Origin: Candidatus Obscuribacteraceae bacterium
GTDB lineage: Bacteria > Cyanobacteriota > Vampirovibrionia > Obscuribacterales > Obscuribacteraceae
Assembly (NCBI GenBank): GCA_044229845.1
Contig: JBGASG010000004.1
Span: 352,001 to 416,000, forward strand
Direction of reading: 5' to 3'
Length of the DNA stretch: 64,000 nucleotides
Below are positions 10,035 through 19,418 of this stretch, piece after piece; within the stretch, counting starts at the first letter, position 1; the number at the start of each line of letters is the position of its first letter. The position numbers and the translations under genes were made by a program. The notes under the pieces were generated by a model. It saw nothing but the letters and a program-made list of their open reading frames with translations. It ran no database searches and was not told the DNA's origin.

Positions 10035-10267
10035 ACGCGGCGGCGGCAGACGGCACAGAAGACGCGCAGCCCATTGGGTTTGTAGAAACGCACTTCGTAC
10101 CAGGTGCGGTCGCGCGCCATATATAAGCGTTCGTCGGCAACACCGCGATAAGCGATGTGCACCTTGTCGCTGCAACAAGGAATCTCGACGTCGGCAGCGG
10201 CGTCGTCCCGTTTCTTCAAGCGAAATTTTTTCAACTGGGCAAGGGCGCGCTTCAGGTCTTCGTTCAT
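10028..10267 (-). CDS. Small Cys-containing protein (CC...CxxC)
   Basis: Start overlaps the kinase stop (ATGA); IPCCSD and FCAVCRR. Confidence 0.7.
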   Translation of the reverse strand: MNEDLKRALAQLKKFRLKKRDDAAADVEIPCCSDKVHIAYRGVADERLYMARDRTWYEVRFYKPNGLRVFCAVCRRRVY

Positions 10268-11724
10268 GACCGCTGAGACACCTGCACTTTGACGGGCAGC
10301 CGCACCGTGAACGTGGACCCCTTGCCGGGAGCCGAGTCTACTTCCACCACGCCGTGATGGCGGGCAATAATTTCGCGGGTAATCGCCAGCCCCAGTCCGG
10401 TACCGCCGCCGGTGCGCGTCCGCGCTTTGTCGGCGCGATAGAAACGCTCGAAGATGTGCGGCAAATCGGAGGGATCGATGCCCGGGCCGTTGTCTTGGAT
10501 GGTGACTTCGACGATGTCCGGCTCCAGCACTTTGGTGGCCACCGTGACGGTGCCACCACCAGGGGTGTAGTTGACGGCATTGGTTAATAGATTGACGAAA
10601 GCACGCTGCAACTGAATGCTCTTGCCGCTGACCATCAGCCCCTCGGCGGAGACGAGATCTTGAATGGCTGTGGATTTCTTCTGCGCCTGCGGGCGGATTT
10701 GATCCATCGCATCGTTGAGAATGTCGCTCAGCCTCACCTCTTCCTGCCAGTCTTGCGTGATGCCGGCATCAAGACGGGTGATGTCGAGCAAATCGCGCAG
10801 CAGGCTGGTCTGGCGGTCAACGAGATTTTCCAGCGAGTGCAGGAATTGTTTGCGCAAATCGGGATCTTCCGCGGCGCCGGCTTGTAGCGCTTCGACCACA
10901 GAGCCGATGGCCATGGTCGGCGTTTTCAGTTCGTGGCTGGCGTTGGCGATGAACTCCTGGCGCAGTCTTTCCTCTTCGCGCAAGCGTCCGATCATTTGAT
11001 TGAATGACAAACCCAGTTCGCTGATCTCATCCTGCCGGCGCACCGGCACGAATACCGAAATATCCCCGGACTTGGCAATCTGGCGCGCCATATCGCTCAT
11101 CTCGCGCAGCGGACGAGTCATTCTGCGCGCCACCCATATGCTGATCAAAGCAGTGGCTATCAAAGTAGCGAAGGTCAATTCAAGAAACACAATCAGGTCA
11201 CGATTGACACGCTGGTTGATGTCAGTCAGTGGTACCCCAACGCGAATTACGCCCCCGGTCTGCCCCGAAGAACGCACTGGATATGCCACATACAGCCACT
11301 CGGTCTTTTTCAGGTTGCGGCGATAGTTGGCGGCGATACCAGCCAACGCGTCTTGAATTTCCGGTTGATTGGAGATGTTCTCTCCTTCGCGCAGCGGCTT
11401 GTGTCCTGAGTCTGCGACAACTTTGCCGTTGCTGTTCACAACCGTGATTGCCAGATTGAGTTTGCTGGCATGCCGATAAACAGCGCGTCTGATGCGTTCG
11501 GTAGCCTGCTCGGAATCGAGCTGCATGTCATTGTCGATTTCAAGCGCTAAGTGCACCGCTTCGACTTCCAGACCGTTGCGCAGGTCTTTGATCGACTCGG
11601 CTTTGATGGTTACCAACGCCCAAACGGTAACGCAGGTGAGCGCAAAGGTGACTACTAACAAGTAGGTAACCAGCAGTTGGTTTGCCAGACTTCGTGATAG
11701 CCAGCGATATATCCGTTCGAACAA
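10264..11724 (-). CDS. Membrane sensor histidine kinase (HAMP, HisKA, HATPase)
   Basis: FIANASHELKTP H-box; NLLTNAVNY, DNGPGI, IFERFYR, GTGLGL. Confidence 0.95.
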   Translation of the reverse strand: MFERIYRWLSRSLANQLLVTYLLVVTFALTCVTVWALVTIKAESIKDLRNGLEVEAVHLALEIDNDMQLDSEQATERIRRAVYRHASKLNLAITVVNSNGKVVADSGHKPLREGENISNQPEIQDALAGIAANYRRNLKKTEWLYVAYPVRSSGQTGGVIRVGVPLTDINQRVNRDLIVFLELTFATLIATALISIWVARRMTRPLREMSDMARQIAKSGDISVFVPVRRQDEISELGLSFNQMIGRLREEERLRQEFIANASHELKTPTMAIGSVVEALQAGAAEDPDLRKQFLHSLENLVDRQTSLLRDLLDITRLDAGITQDWQEEVRLSDILNDAMDQIRPQAQKKSTAIQDLVSAEGLMVSGKSIQLQRAFVNLLTNAVNYTPGGGTVTVATKVLEPDIVEVTIQDNGPGIDPSDLPHIFERFYRADKARTRTGGGTGLGLAITREIIARHHGVVEVDSAPGKGSTFTVRLPVKVQVSQRS

Positions 11725-11934
11725 AATCCGCGCCCTGCTTGCAGTTCATGGCATCCTAACATGTCCAAATATAACAAGGAAGTCTGCAGCAGGCGGCGCA
11801 TTCGCCCGCTTGCAACGTGGATTAAACAAATTGGAGCTATAGTGTGATTAACTATGCCAAGGCGCATATAATGTGTTCCGCTGGGGCTCGCAACATGCAC
11901 ATGAGACCAGCAACCCGAAGGAGGTCCGCGTCAA

Positions 11935-12258
11935 ATGTCTAGTGTGGCAAACGTTACCGACGCAACGTTCGAGCAAGAGGTACTCAAGGCTGAGGTGCCG
12001 GTGCTCGTCGACTTCTGGGCTCCGTGGTGCGGTCCATGTAAAGCCGTCGCGCCAGTCGTCGAAGATCTTTCCAAAGAGTATGAAGGCCGCTTGAAGGTCG
12101 TAAAGCTCAACACCGATGAGAATCCGAAAACCGCCCAGGCTTACACGATTCGTGGTATCCCAAGTCTGTATCTCTTCAAGAGCGGTCAAGTCGTTGAGCA
12201 AGTCGTCGGCGCCGTGCCGAAGTCGACCCTGGCTAACGCCATCAACAAGCACCTTTAA
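11935..12258 (+). CDS. trxA: Thioredoxin
   Basis: [31 protein letters not shown]. Confidence 0.96.
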   Translation: MSSVANVTDATFEQEVLKAEVPVLVDFWAPWCGPCKAVAPVVEDLSKEYEGRLKVVKLNTDENPKTAQAYTIRGIPSLYLFKSGQVVEQVVGAVPKSTLANAINKHL

Positions 12259-12285
12259 GCCGCGACTACCCGCCTGGGTTTCGTC

Positions 12286-12723
12286 ATGAAGCAAGTCCTG
12301 ATTGCAGCTGTCGCATGCCTGCTGATTGGCGGCTGTGGTGGCGACACGCCCACATCTACATCTGAGTCGACGTCTGCATCTACGCCCACATCTGAGTCCA
12401 CGAGCGGCGTCACCCATGTCACGGACGCCACCTTCGAACGCGAGGTGCTCAAGGCTGACGGTCCGGTGCTCGTCGATTTCTGGGCTCCGTGGTGCGGTCC
12501 CTGTCGAGCCATGGCGCCCACTGTCGAGGAGATCTCGCGGGACTATGCCGGTCGCGTCAAGGTCGTGAAGCTCAACACCGACGAGAATCCCCAGAGCGCC
12601 CAGAAATACCAGATTCGCGGCATTCCCAGCCTCTATCTATTCAAAGATGGTGAGGTCGTGGAGCAGGTCGTGGGAGCCGTGCCGAAGGCGACGCTGGCGG
12701 CGGTCCTGGACAAGCATCTATAA
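12286..12723 (+). CDS. Thioredoxin with predicted lipoprotein signal and S/T linker
   Basis: [17 protein letters not shown] lipobox-like; [19 protein letters not shown] linker; WCGPC. Confidence 0.9.
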   Translation: MKQVLIAAVACLLIGGCGGDTPTSTSESTSASTPTSESTSGVTHVTDATFEREVLKADGPVLVDFWAPWCGPCRAMAPTVEEISRDYAGRVKVVKLNTDENPQSAQKYQIRGIPSLYLFKDGEVVEQVVGAVPKATLAAVLDKHL

Positions 12724-12829
12724 GCCTACCCAGACACCGGGATTCCCCCGCTGTCCGCGCAGAGCAACCAGGATATACTGGGTGTTCAAAGGCTGATGCC
12801 TGCTCATAACCCTGGTTGGACTGCATCTT

Positions 12830-13348
12830 ATGAAAGAAGTATTGATCGCCTTTATCGTCGCCCTTGTGATTGGCGCTGCCATGAATGGATTGGGCATGTC
12901 CTTCTTTCTAGAGAAGCCGTCCACGCCGCCCCAGACAAGCTCTGCCAATCCAGCAGGATCCGATGACACAACCGGAGTCGTAACCGACGAATCCGATGAT
13001 TCGTCAGAGAGCTCATCCGGTCAGAATCATGTCAGCGAAACCGATCAGGACAAATTCGCATCGGAGGTGCTGCAGGCATCCAAACCAGTATTGGTGGACT
13101 TCTACGCCGATTGGTGTGGTCCCTGCAAGCAAATGTCGCCCGTCATTGAGAAACTTGCCAATCAGTACGATGGACGCCTGCAGGTCTACAAAGTAAACAT
13201 AGACAAGAACCCCAAGCTCGTTGCAAAGTACAACATCCAAAGCATCCCGACATTCATCATTTACAAGAATGGCGCCTCGGTGGAGAACTTTGCCGGCTCG
13301 ATGCCGCGGACAGAGCTGGCCGCCGCCATCGACAAGCACATCAACTAA
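12830..13348 (+). CDS. Thioredoxin with N-terminal membrane anchor
   Basis: Hydrophobic N-terminus, S/D-rich linker, FYADWCGPCK, IQSIPT. Confidence 0.9.
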   Translation: MKEVLIAFIVALVIGAAMNGLGMSFFLEKPSTPPQTSSANPAGSDDTTGVVTDESDDSSESSSGQNHVSETDQDKFASEVLQASKPVLVDFYADWCGPCKQMSPVIEKLANQYDGRLQVYKVNIDKNPKLVAKYNIQSIPTFIIYKNGASVENFAGSMPRTELAAAIDKHIN

Positions 13349-13483
13349 GTAGAAACTCGGCAGTATTTACCCTGTTTTCTTCACGGACTGTTTCCCAGTG
13401 CCGTGGAGTGATCCCAGTCGCTAAAATATCGTTTATTATTGAACAGGACAGGAAACGGGCGCCCCGGGACGCTTTTCGCCACA

Positions 13484-13759
13484 ATGAAGGACCTGCTCAT
13501 CACTCTAGGCTTAGGAATTGTGCTCAGCTGCGCGCTGGGCAGCTTGCTCTACTGGCTCAGCGGCACGAAGGAAGAAGAGAGCAACTTTGGTGTTGGCTGT
13601 GCAGGTGTCAGACCGGGCATTATGGGCGTCGACAAACGAGATTTCAAAATTCCGCCGATGAACGCCGCTGATGGTGCGGTTAATCATGGGTACGCCACTG
13701 ACGTTCTGTCAGGATCGGCGCCAACCAACGTCCGCTATCCAGTGAATGGCGTTTGGTAA
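13484..13759 (+). CDS. Small membrane-anchored hypothetical protein
   Basis: MKDLLITLGLGIVLSCALGSLLYW; co-oriented between trx3 and the FtsH-like gene. Confidence 0.6.
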   Translation: MKDLLITLGLGIVLSCALGSLLYWLSGTKEEESNFGVGCAGVRPGIMGVDKRDFKIPPMNAADGAVNHGYATDVLSGSAPTNVRYPVNGVW

Positions 13760-13808
13760 AGCAACACGCGGGGCCACGGTGCCCTAGAAACAGGAGCTCG
13801 AACGAAGC

Positions 13809-16800
13809 ATGTTAAAGAACTGGGCCAGATGGACTCTTCTCCTTTTGTGGATGGTGTTGCTGGTAGCGACCGTCACATTCTGGAACCCGTTCACTTCGCT
13901 GCCGGCGCTACTTAAGTTTTCGGTACTGCAGGTAGTGGCAGCCGTCATATTCGGCGGCTTCATGATCATGATGCAGTTCTACATCTTGATGGTAATCCTC
14001 TTCCCGATGCCGCAGCGTGCCGACGCAAAAGCACCGAAGAGCCTCGGGCTGAAAATATTTCCGTGGATGTTCAAGAAGACGCAGATCAATCCCAAGGCAC
14101 CGCAATTGCTCAAGGATTTGATCGGCAACGAACCTGCAAAGGTGGAAATCAAAGAAGTGATCGACATGATCGCGCATCCAGATCGATATGCCGCTTCTGG
14201 AGCTGAAGTGCCTAAGGGCATGCTCTTCATCGGACCACCCGGCGTTGGCAAAACTCTGTTTGCACGCGCCATTGCCAACGAAGTTGGAATTCCATTTTAT
14301 GTCGTCGAAGGGTCCAACCTGAGCGGCTTGTTTTTTGGCTTGGGCGTGATCAAGCTCAAGACCTTGTTTGGTCGATTGAAACGCCATAACAAAGCGATCT
14401 TGTTCATCGACGAAATTGATTCGATGGGCGCGAGACGCAGATCCGACTCGGGTATGGGCGCTCAGTCCGACATGAATATGACGCTGAATACATTGCTCAC
14501 CGAGATGGACGGCTTTGGTAGCTCTGCGAACCTTCTGGTGATCGGTGCCACCAATAACGATGCCATCTTAGACCCTGCTTTGATGCGTGCCGGTCGCATG
14601 GATAGGCGCATCTATTTCCAGACACCCTCTCCCGAAGAGCGTCAAGAACTGTTCAAGTATTACCTCAGTAAGGTGGTATACGACCGCAACATAGATCTGG
14701 TGGAGCTTTCCGATCTGACATCTGGTTTCTCGCATGCCGACATTGCCAATATCGTCAATGAAGCGGCTCTGATCAGTCAGCGTCCAAGCGGTCCCCAGCA
14801 AGTCACCACAGATACAGCTAAGCAAGCTCTGGACCGTGTCTCCGTGGGACTGGAACGCTCTTTGATCGGCTCGGGCGTCGAGTTGATCACAGGAGATCCA
14901 ACAGTCAAGTTAGCCGATGTAGTCGGCATCGACGACATCAAACCAGAAGTCACTGAGATTATCGACTTCTTGAGGCAAGGCGATCACTTGAGAAAAATAG
15001 GCGCCAAGCTTCCCAAAGGCGTCCTCCTAATCGGTCCTCCCGGTGTTGGCAAAACCATGTTAGCCAAGGCCATCGCTAACGAGGCTGGAGTGCCGTTCTA
15101 TGGATTGTCCGCGCCTTACATGCTCAGTATGTTTAAGGGTGAAGGTGCAGGCCGGATTCGAGCCCTCTACGCGCAAGCCAGAAAAAGTCCCGCTGCAATC
15201 ATTTTCATTGATGAAATCGACTCCATTGGCGGTGGCAGACAGGAAGTTCAGGGCATGGGCAACCAGCGCACCGAAGAACTCAATCAGATGCTTGTAGAAC
15301 TCGATGGCATAGGACGCAGCAACGTTATTACGATCGGTGCAACCAACCGCGAGCAAGAGCTGGATTCAGCATTTAGCCGCGCCGGACGCTTCGACCGAAA
15401 GGTGTACATCGGACTGCCAGACTCCGAGTCTCGCAAGAAAATTCTCCAGAGCTACTTGAAGAAGATCAAGATTGCGGCGGAGCCCGATCTCGACAAACTT
15501 TCCAAGGACACAGTGAACTTCTCTGGAGCAGACATCGCTGCCGCAGTGAATGAAGCGGCGATACTAGCTGTTCGAGAGAAAAAGGACCACGTTGAAGAAA
15601 AGCATCTTGAGGAGGCTGTGGAAAAAATCTCAGTCACAGCCGGCAACAAGATGAACACAAGCGGCATCAACCTGGCCCGGGTTCCAGATATCGATGTGAA
15701 GCTCGAGCACATCAAAGGTATGGATGAGGCAAAGGCCGAAGCAGCTGAAGTTGTGGCCTTGCTGAAGAACGCTCATCTTGTCCAGCAGAGCGGGCTAAAG
15801 GCTCCCAAAGGAATCCTGCTGGTGGGTCCGCCCGGAACGGGCAAAACTATGCTAGCCAAGGCGATTGCCAACGAGGCTGGTGTGCCATTTTACGCCCTGA
15901 CGGGCAGTGACTTTGTTCAGGTGTGGGTCGGCTTGGGAGCCCAGCGAATTCGTGCTGTGTATGAGCAAGCGCGGCGCAGCGGCAAACCCGCGATTGTATT
16001 CATCGACGAAATAGATGCTCTCGGTCACGCTCGTGGGATCGACCAGGGTGCTGGCGGGAAACAAGAGCACAACCAGACCCTCAATCAGTTTCTCACCGAA
16101 CTTGATGGATTCGGAAAGCACAAAGTGCTCACCATTGGTGCCACAAACAACCCGCAGCTCCTCGACCGCGCTTTGCTGCGACCAGGTAGATTCGACCGAC
16201 GTATCGAGGTACCGCTTCCCAATATGGAAGGTCGCGAAGCAATTTTGCAGCACTATCTCGGAAAGCTAAAGATGTCGGCTGGCGTTAATCTTCTGGAAAT
16301 CGCTCGCATGACGGTATTTCAGTCTGGCGCAGATCTGGCAAATATTGCCAACGAAGCTGGACTGATTGCGATTCGGGAAGGAAGGCTCGACATCAACCAG
16401 AGGGATCTCATCGAAGCAATTCAGCGGGTCAACTTCGGCATTTCACGCAGCCAAAACATCGTCCTCGAAGAACTGTGGGCAACGGCCTATCACGAAGCTG
16501 GACACGCTATGGTTTCGTACTTTAGAGACAAGCGCACCCGGATACAGATCATCACTATCGTCCCGACCGGCAGGGCGCTGGGTTATATGTGGCACGTCGA
16601 TAAGGACGATCTGTTCCACCACTCGCCCAACAAGCACGAGCTGCTAGTCGACATGGAAATATCGCTCGGCGGTTATGCAGCTGAAAACCTGCATCAAGAA
16701 ACAACCACAGCTGGAGTGAGCAGCGACTTGACTAACGTCGGGCGCATCGCACGCCAGATGGTCCGCGAGTGGGGTATGGGCTCCTTCAAGTTCAACGTTG

Positions 16801-17288
16801 ATCATGCGTTTTCGGATGAATTTAACTATGGTGCCAGCGGACAGGGAATTGGAATCTCAGACCAAACAGCACGGGAACTGGAGCTTGAAATGAAACAGCT
16901 GGTGGACGGCTGTTTGAAAAACGTCGAACAGCTTTTGAGAGCTAAGCGCAAGGAACTCGATCAGATCGCTCATGCTCTCGTGGAGAAGGAAACACTCTTC
17001 TACCGCGACCTGGTGGCGATCCTGGAACCGCATCGCAGCGACTCGGACGTGGAGCACGAAATCGCAACTCTCGCAGAACGCAAATTGGTGGGCAAGAAAC
17101 GCGAGATCAGCTTTGATCTGGTGAAAGGCCTTGGATTGGTCAGTGGAGGCGGAAGCAGCTCTCCCGCTGGCAAGCCGACCAGTTCGCCGGGTGCAGATTC
17201 CGGCGGGCTTGGCACCGTAGGTGGTGAAGGTGGTCCGCTGGGTTCACCGGAGAATAATCGCGATGCGGGTCCCGAAGGCGATCACTAG
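13809..17288 (+). CDS. FtsH-like membrane zinc protease with three tandem AAA+ domains and an M41 peptidase domain
   Basis: Two N-terminal TMs; Walker A at 14232, 15033 and 15825; three FIDEID Walker B motifs; three SRH motifs; AYHEAGH at 16491. Confidence 0.93.
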   Translation: MLKNWARWTLLLLWMVLLVATVTFWNPFTSLPALLKFSVLQVVAAVIFGGFMIMMQFYILMVILFPMPQRADAKAPKSLGLKIFPWMFKKTQINPKAPQLLKDLIGNEPAKVEIKEVIDMIAHPDRYAASGAEVPKGMLFIGPPGVGKTLFARAIANEVGIPFYVVEGSNLSGLFFGLGVIKLKTLFGRLKRHNKAILFIDEIDSMGARRRSDSGMGAQSDMNMTLNTLLTEMDGFGSSANLLVIGATNNDAILDPALMRAGRMDRRIYFQTPSPEERQELFKYYLSKVVYDRNIDLVELSDLTSGFSHADIANIVNEAALISQRPSGPQQVTTDTAKQALDRVSVGLERSLIGSGVELITGDPTVKLADVVGIDDIKPEVTEIIDFLRQGDHLRKIGAKLPKGVLLIGPPGVGKTMLAKAIANEAGVPFYGLSAPYMLSMFKGEGAGRIRALYAQARKSPAAIIFIDEIDSIGGGRQEVQGMGNQRTEELNQMLVELDGIGRSNVITIGATNREQELDSAFSRAGRFDRKVYIGLPDSESRKKILQSYLKKIKIAAEPDLDKLSKDTVNFSGADIAAAVNEAAILAVREKKDHVEEKHLEEAVEKISVTAGNKMNTSGINLARVPDIDVKLEHIKGMDEAKAEAAEVVALLKNAHLVQQSGLKAPKGILLVGPPGTGKTMLAKAIANEAGVPFYALTGSDFVQVWVGLGAQRIRAVYEQARRSGKPAIVFIDEIDALGHARGIDQGAGGKQEHNQTLNQFLTELDGFGKHKVLTIGATNNPQLLDRALLRPGRFDRRIEVPLPNMEGREAILQHYLGKLKMSAGVNLLEIARMTVFQSGADLANIANEAGLIAIREGRLDINQRDLIEAIQRVNFGISRSQNIVLEELWATAYHEAGHAMVSYFRDKRTRIQIITIVPTGRALGYMWHVDKDDLFHHSPNKHELLVDMEISLGGYAAENLHQETTTAGVSSDLTNVGRIARQMVREWGMGSFKFNVDHAFSDEFNYGASGQGIGISDQTARELELEMKQLVDGCLKNVEQLLRAKRKELDQIAHALVEKETLFYRDLVAILEPHRSDSDVEHEIATLAERKLVGKKREISFDLVKGLGLVSGGGSSSPAGKPTSSPGADSGGLGTVGGEGGPLGSPENNRDAGPEGDH

Positions 17289-17320
17289 GCAGCACAAGCA
17301 AGGATTGCCCATCAAGCGAT

Positions 17321-18358
17321 CTATGGGTTAAACGCAAACAAGAACGTCATCAGAAAATTGAAGGTGACGTGACAGATGAGCGTTGTCGTCGTGTTCGTGT
17401 AGCGACGCAGGATACCCATTAGCGTCGACCAACCGGCAACCTGAAGAATCAAGATTGGTGCGTGCTGGAATTGCGCGTGCAAGATACCGTGCATGATGGC
17501 GGCTGGAAGGATGCCCAGGGCGGGTTGGACCGCACCACGCATCAGGACTTCTTCGCCCACTCCTGCGCATAGGGCAGTCGACAAAGCTAAAAGCGCTGAC
17601 GGGGCGGCACCACCCCCGGTATCAAAGGCACCGAGATTGTAGTTGGTCAATTTGCCCTCCATACCACCCTGCAATGAATGTGTATAAAGCGACCAAGCAT
17701 AGTCGTAGGCGAAGGTTCCGATAACTGCCAACAAAGCCACTCCGATCTGCCATCCTTGAGGCTTCTCCAGCCCCAGGCGCGCCAACGCCTGTTGAGGGTT
17801 GCGTGTGACCATGATGCCGATGCCGCACGCTGCCAGTCCGATCAAAGCGATGCCGTTGTAGACGAGAAGCTGATCAGGAGTCACTGGAATCGGCAGGGGA
17901 AAGCTGGGAATGCCGAAATCCTGCGCTTCAGTACCCGCCAGCATGTAGCAGAAGACGCAGACATAGACCCAGAGCGAGTACATGTGGGGTATGGATTCTT
18001 TGACGAAAATCCGCTCGGCGAGGAGGGATTCCACGGCACTTTTCTTCTGCTTCAAGGCGACAAAAACTCGTCCGCCTATTATTTGGTTGGCGACCGTAAG
18101 GACATAGGAAACAGCTTCACGGAAGGGCTTAAACAATACGACAAAGCTGAGAGCAGTAGCAGTAATCAGCATTGCCTGTTGCCAGGCCGTGTAAGTCGAT
18201 TCCTTTTCAGACCCGATTGAGACCGCCGTCACGGCGCAACCAAAGGTACATACGCCGATGGTGACCCGGATAATCCACTCAAAAACCTTGCTGCGATAGG
18301 ATCCATGAGCAATCAGGGCAAATATGCAGCAGATGAAGATGGCGACCAGTTCGTCCAA
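17321..18358 (-). CDS. CPBP (Rce1/CAAX-like) intramembrane glutamic protease
   Basis: GEEVLMRG, HGILH, HVTFN motifs in a polytopic protein. Confidence 0.88.
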   Translation of the reverse strand: MDELVAIFICCIFALIAHGSYRSKVFEWIIRVTIGVCTFGCAVTAVSIGSEKESTYTAWQQAMLITATALSFVVLFKPFREAVSYVLTVANQIIGGRVFVALKQKKSAVESLLAERIFVKESIPHMYSLWVYVCVFCYMLAGTEAQDFGIPSFPLPIPVTPDQLLVYNGIALIGLAACGIGIMVTRNPQQALARLGLEKPQGWQIGVALLAVIGTFAYDYAWSLYTHSLQGGMEGKLTNYNLGAFDTGGGAAPSALLALSTALCAGVGEEVLMRGAVQPALGILPAAIMHGILHAQFQHAPILILQVAGWSTLMGILRRYTNTTTTLICHVTFNFLMTFLFAFNP

Positions 18359-18517
18359 AGAAAGTACCTAAAACCTGTATTGAATTAGTATTATCACGGT
18401 TTTTTAATCTGTATGCTTCGTGATATTATATTGTCAAGACATGGTCGGGTACATAGTCTTTACGATAGTCTCAGAGACGCCCGATCGATAGAAGAAGTCC
18501 AAGAACGGAGGTTACAT

Positions 18518-18733
18518 ATGCGTCGCAAAAATGTCCTGGCAGCAGCGCTTGCAGGAGCATTCGGTGTGACCATTACAGCAGCTCTGGCAAACCCACTCCT
18601 GGGACCAGTTACTGCTCCGATGGTCGGCAAAGCTGCCATTGTCCCAGTCCAAACAGTACCAGTACAAACAAAACTCTTGAACGTGTATCGCGAAGTGCGG
18701 AGCTTCTGGCTCTCCAGAGGCATCGTCCGCTAA
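18518..18733 (+). CDS. Small exported or membrane peptide (71 aa)
   Basis: GGAGG RBS, signal-like N-terminus, own terminator. Confidence 0.7.
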   Translation: MRRKNVLAAALAGAFGVTITAALANPLLGPVTAPMVGKAAIVPVQTVPVQTKLLNVYREVRSFWLSRGIVR

Positions 18734-18768
18734 GACGCCCAAAATACCGTTTGCTTCGGACTTCTATG

Positions 18769-18796
18769 AGGCCGCTCGTTAGGGCGGCCTTCTTTC
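18769..18796 (+). terminator. Rho-independent terminator
   Basis: AGGCCGC/GCGGCCT stem followed by TCTTTC. Confidence 0.65.
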
Positions 18797-19024
18797 TGCC
18801 CGGTTTTATTACCTTATATCGTATATAAGCGACATCGCTCGCCGGCTCGCCCGCTCATCCAGACGTCACCAGAGACTCCGAAAAGCCCTTATACGCAATA
18901 CGCATAAAACGCCCATCCGTTTTATACGCACTGCGCATAAAGCCGGTTTGCGAGCAAAACCGGCACCACCTGCAGTGCCTGACGGCATATAACCCGCATA
19001 TAAAATAGATCGCTGAGGCTACGG

Positions 19025-19333
19025 TTACGGCTGCTTGGTGATGCGCACGACGACTTCGTCGGGACCAGCCAGGTTGAGCCTTTCGCGAGCCAGGCGCTCG
19101 ATGCCGCTCGAGGAGCGGTAGTTTTTGAGCCCATCGCGCAATTCTTTGTTGATTTGCTGCGCCTGCACCTGTCCGCGCTCCAGAGCGCCCTGCTGTTGAT
19201 GCAGGAAGACCTGCCGCTCAACGGAGCCTATGATCGACTTGCCGGCGTGGAAGATAGCCAGCACGGTCACAGCCATGATCATGAATTCGCCTAAGGCTTT
19301 CGGCTTCGTCACAGAGGTACCTCGCGGCTCCAT
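19025..19333 (-). CDS. Septum formation initiator (FtsB/DivIC/FtsL-like) protein
   Basis: TM, coiled coil and IERLARERLNLAGPDE. Confidence 0.85.
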   Translation of the reverse strand: MEPRGTSVTKPKALGEFMIMAVTVLAIFHAGKSIIGSVERQVFLHQQQGALERGQVQAQQINKELRDGLKNYRSSSGIERLARERLNLAGPDEVVVRITKQP

Positions 19334-19418
19334 ACTAGTTGATGCACAGCAGCGCGTCCAGTACGCGCCGTTAAAGCGTTAAGCGGGCAGACTGACGACG
19401 GCCGCAAGCACAGGCGGC

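Noticed and set aside
18922..18960. Chromosomal dif site
   Set aside because: Only a XerC-like arm; no TTATGTTAAAT-like XerD arm at the 6-bp spacing
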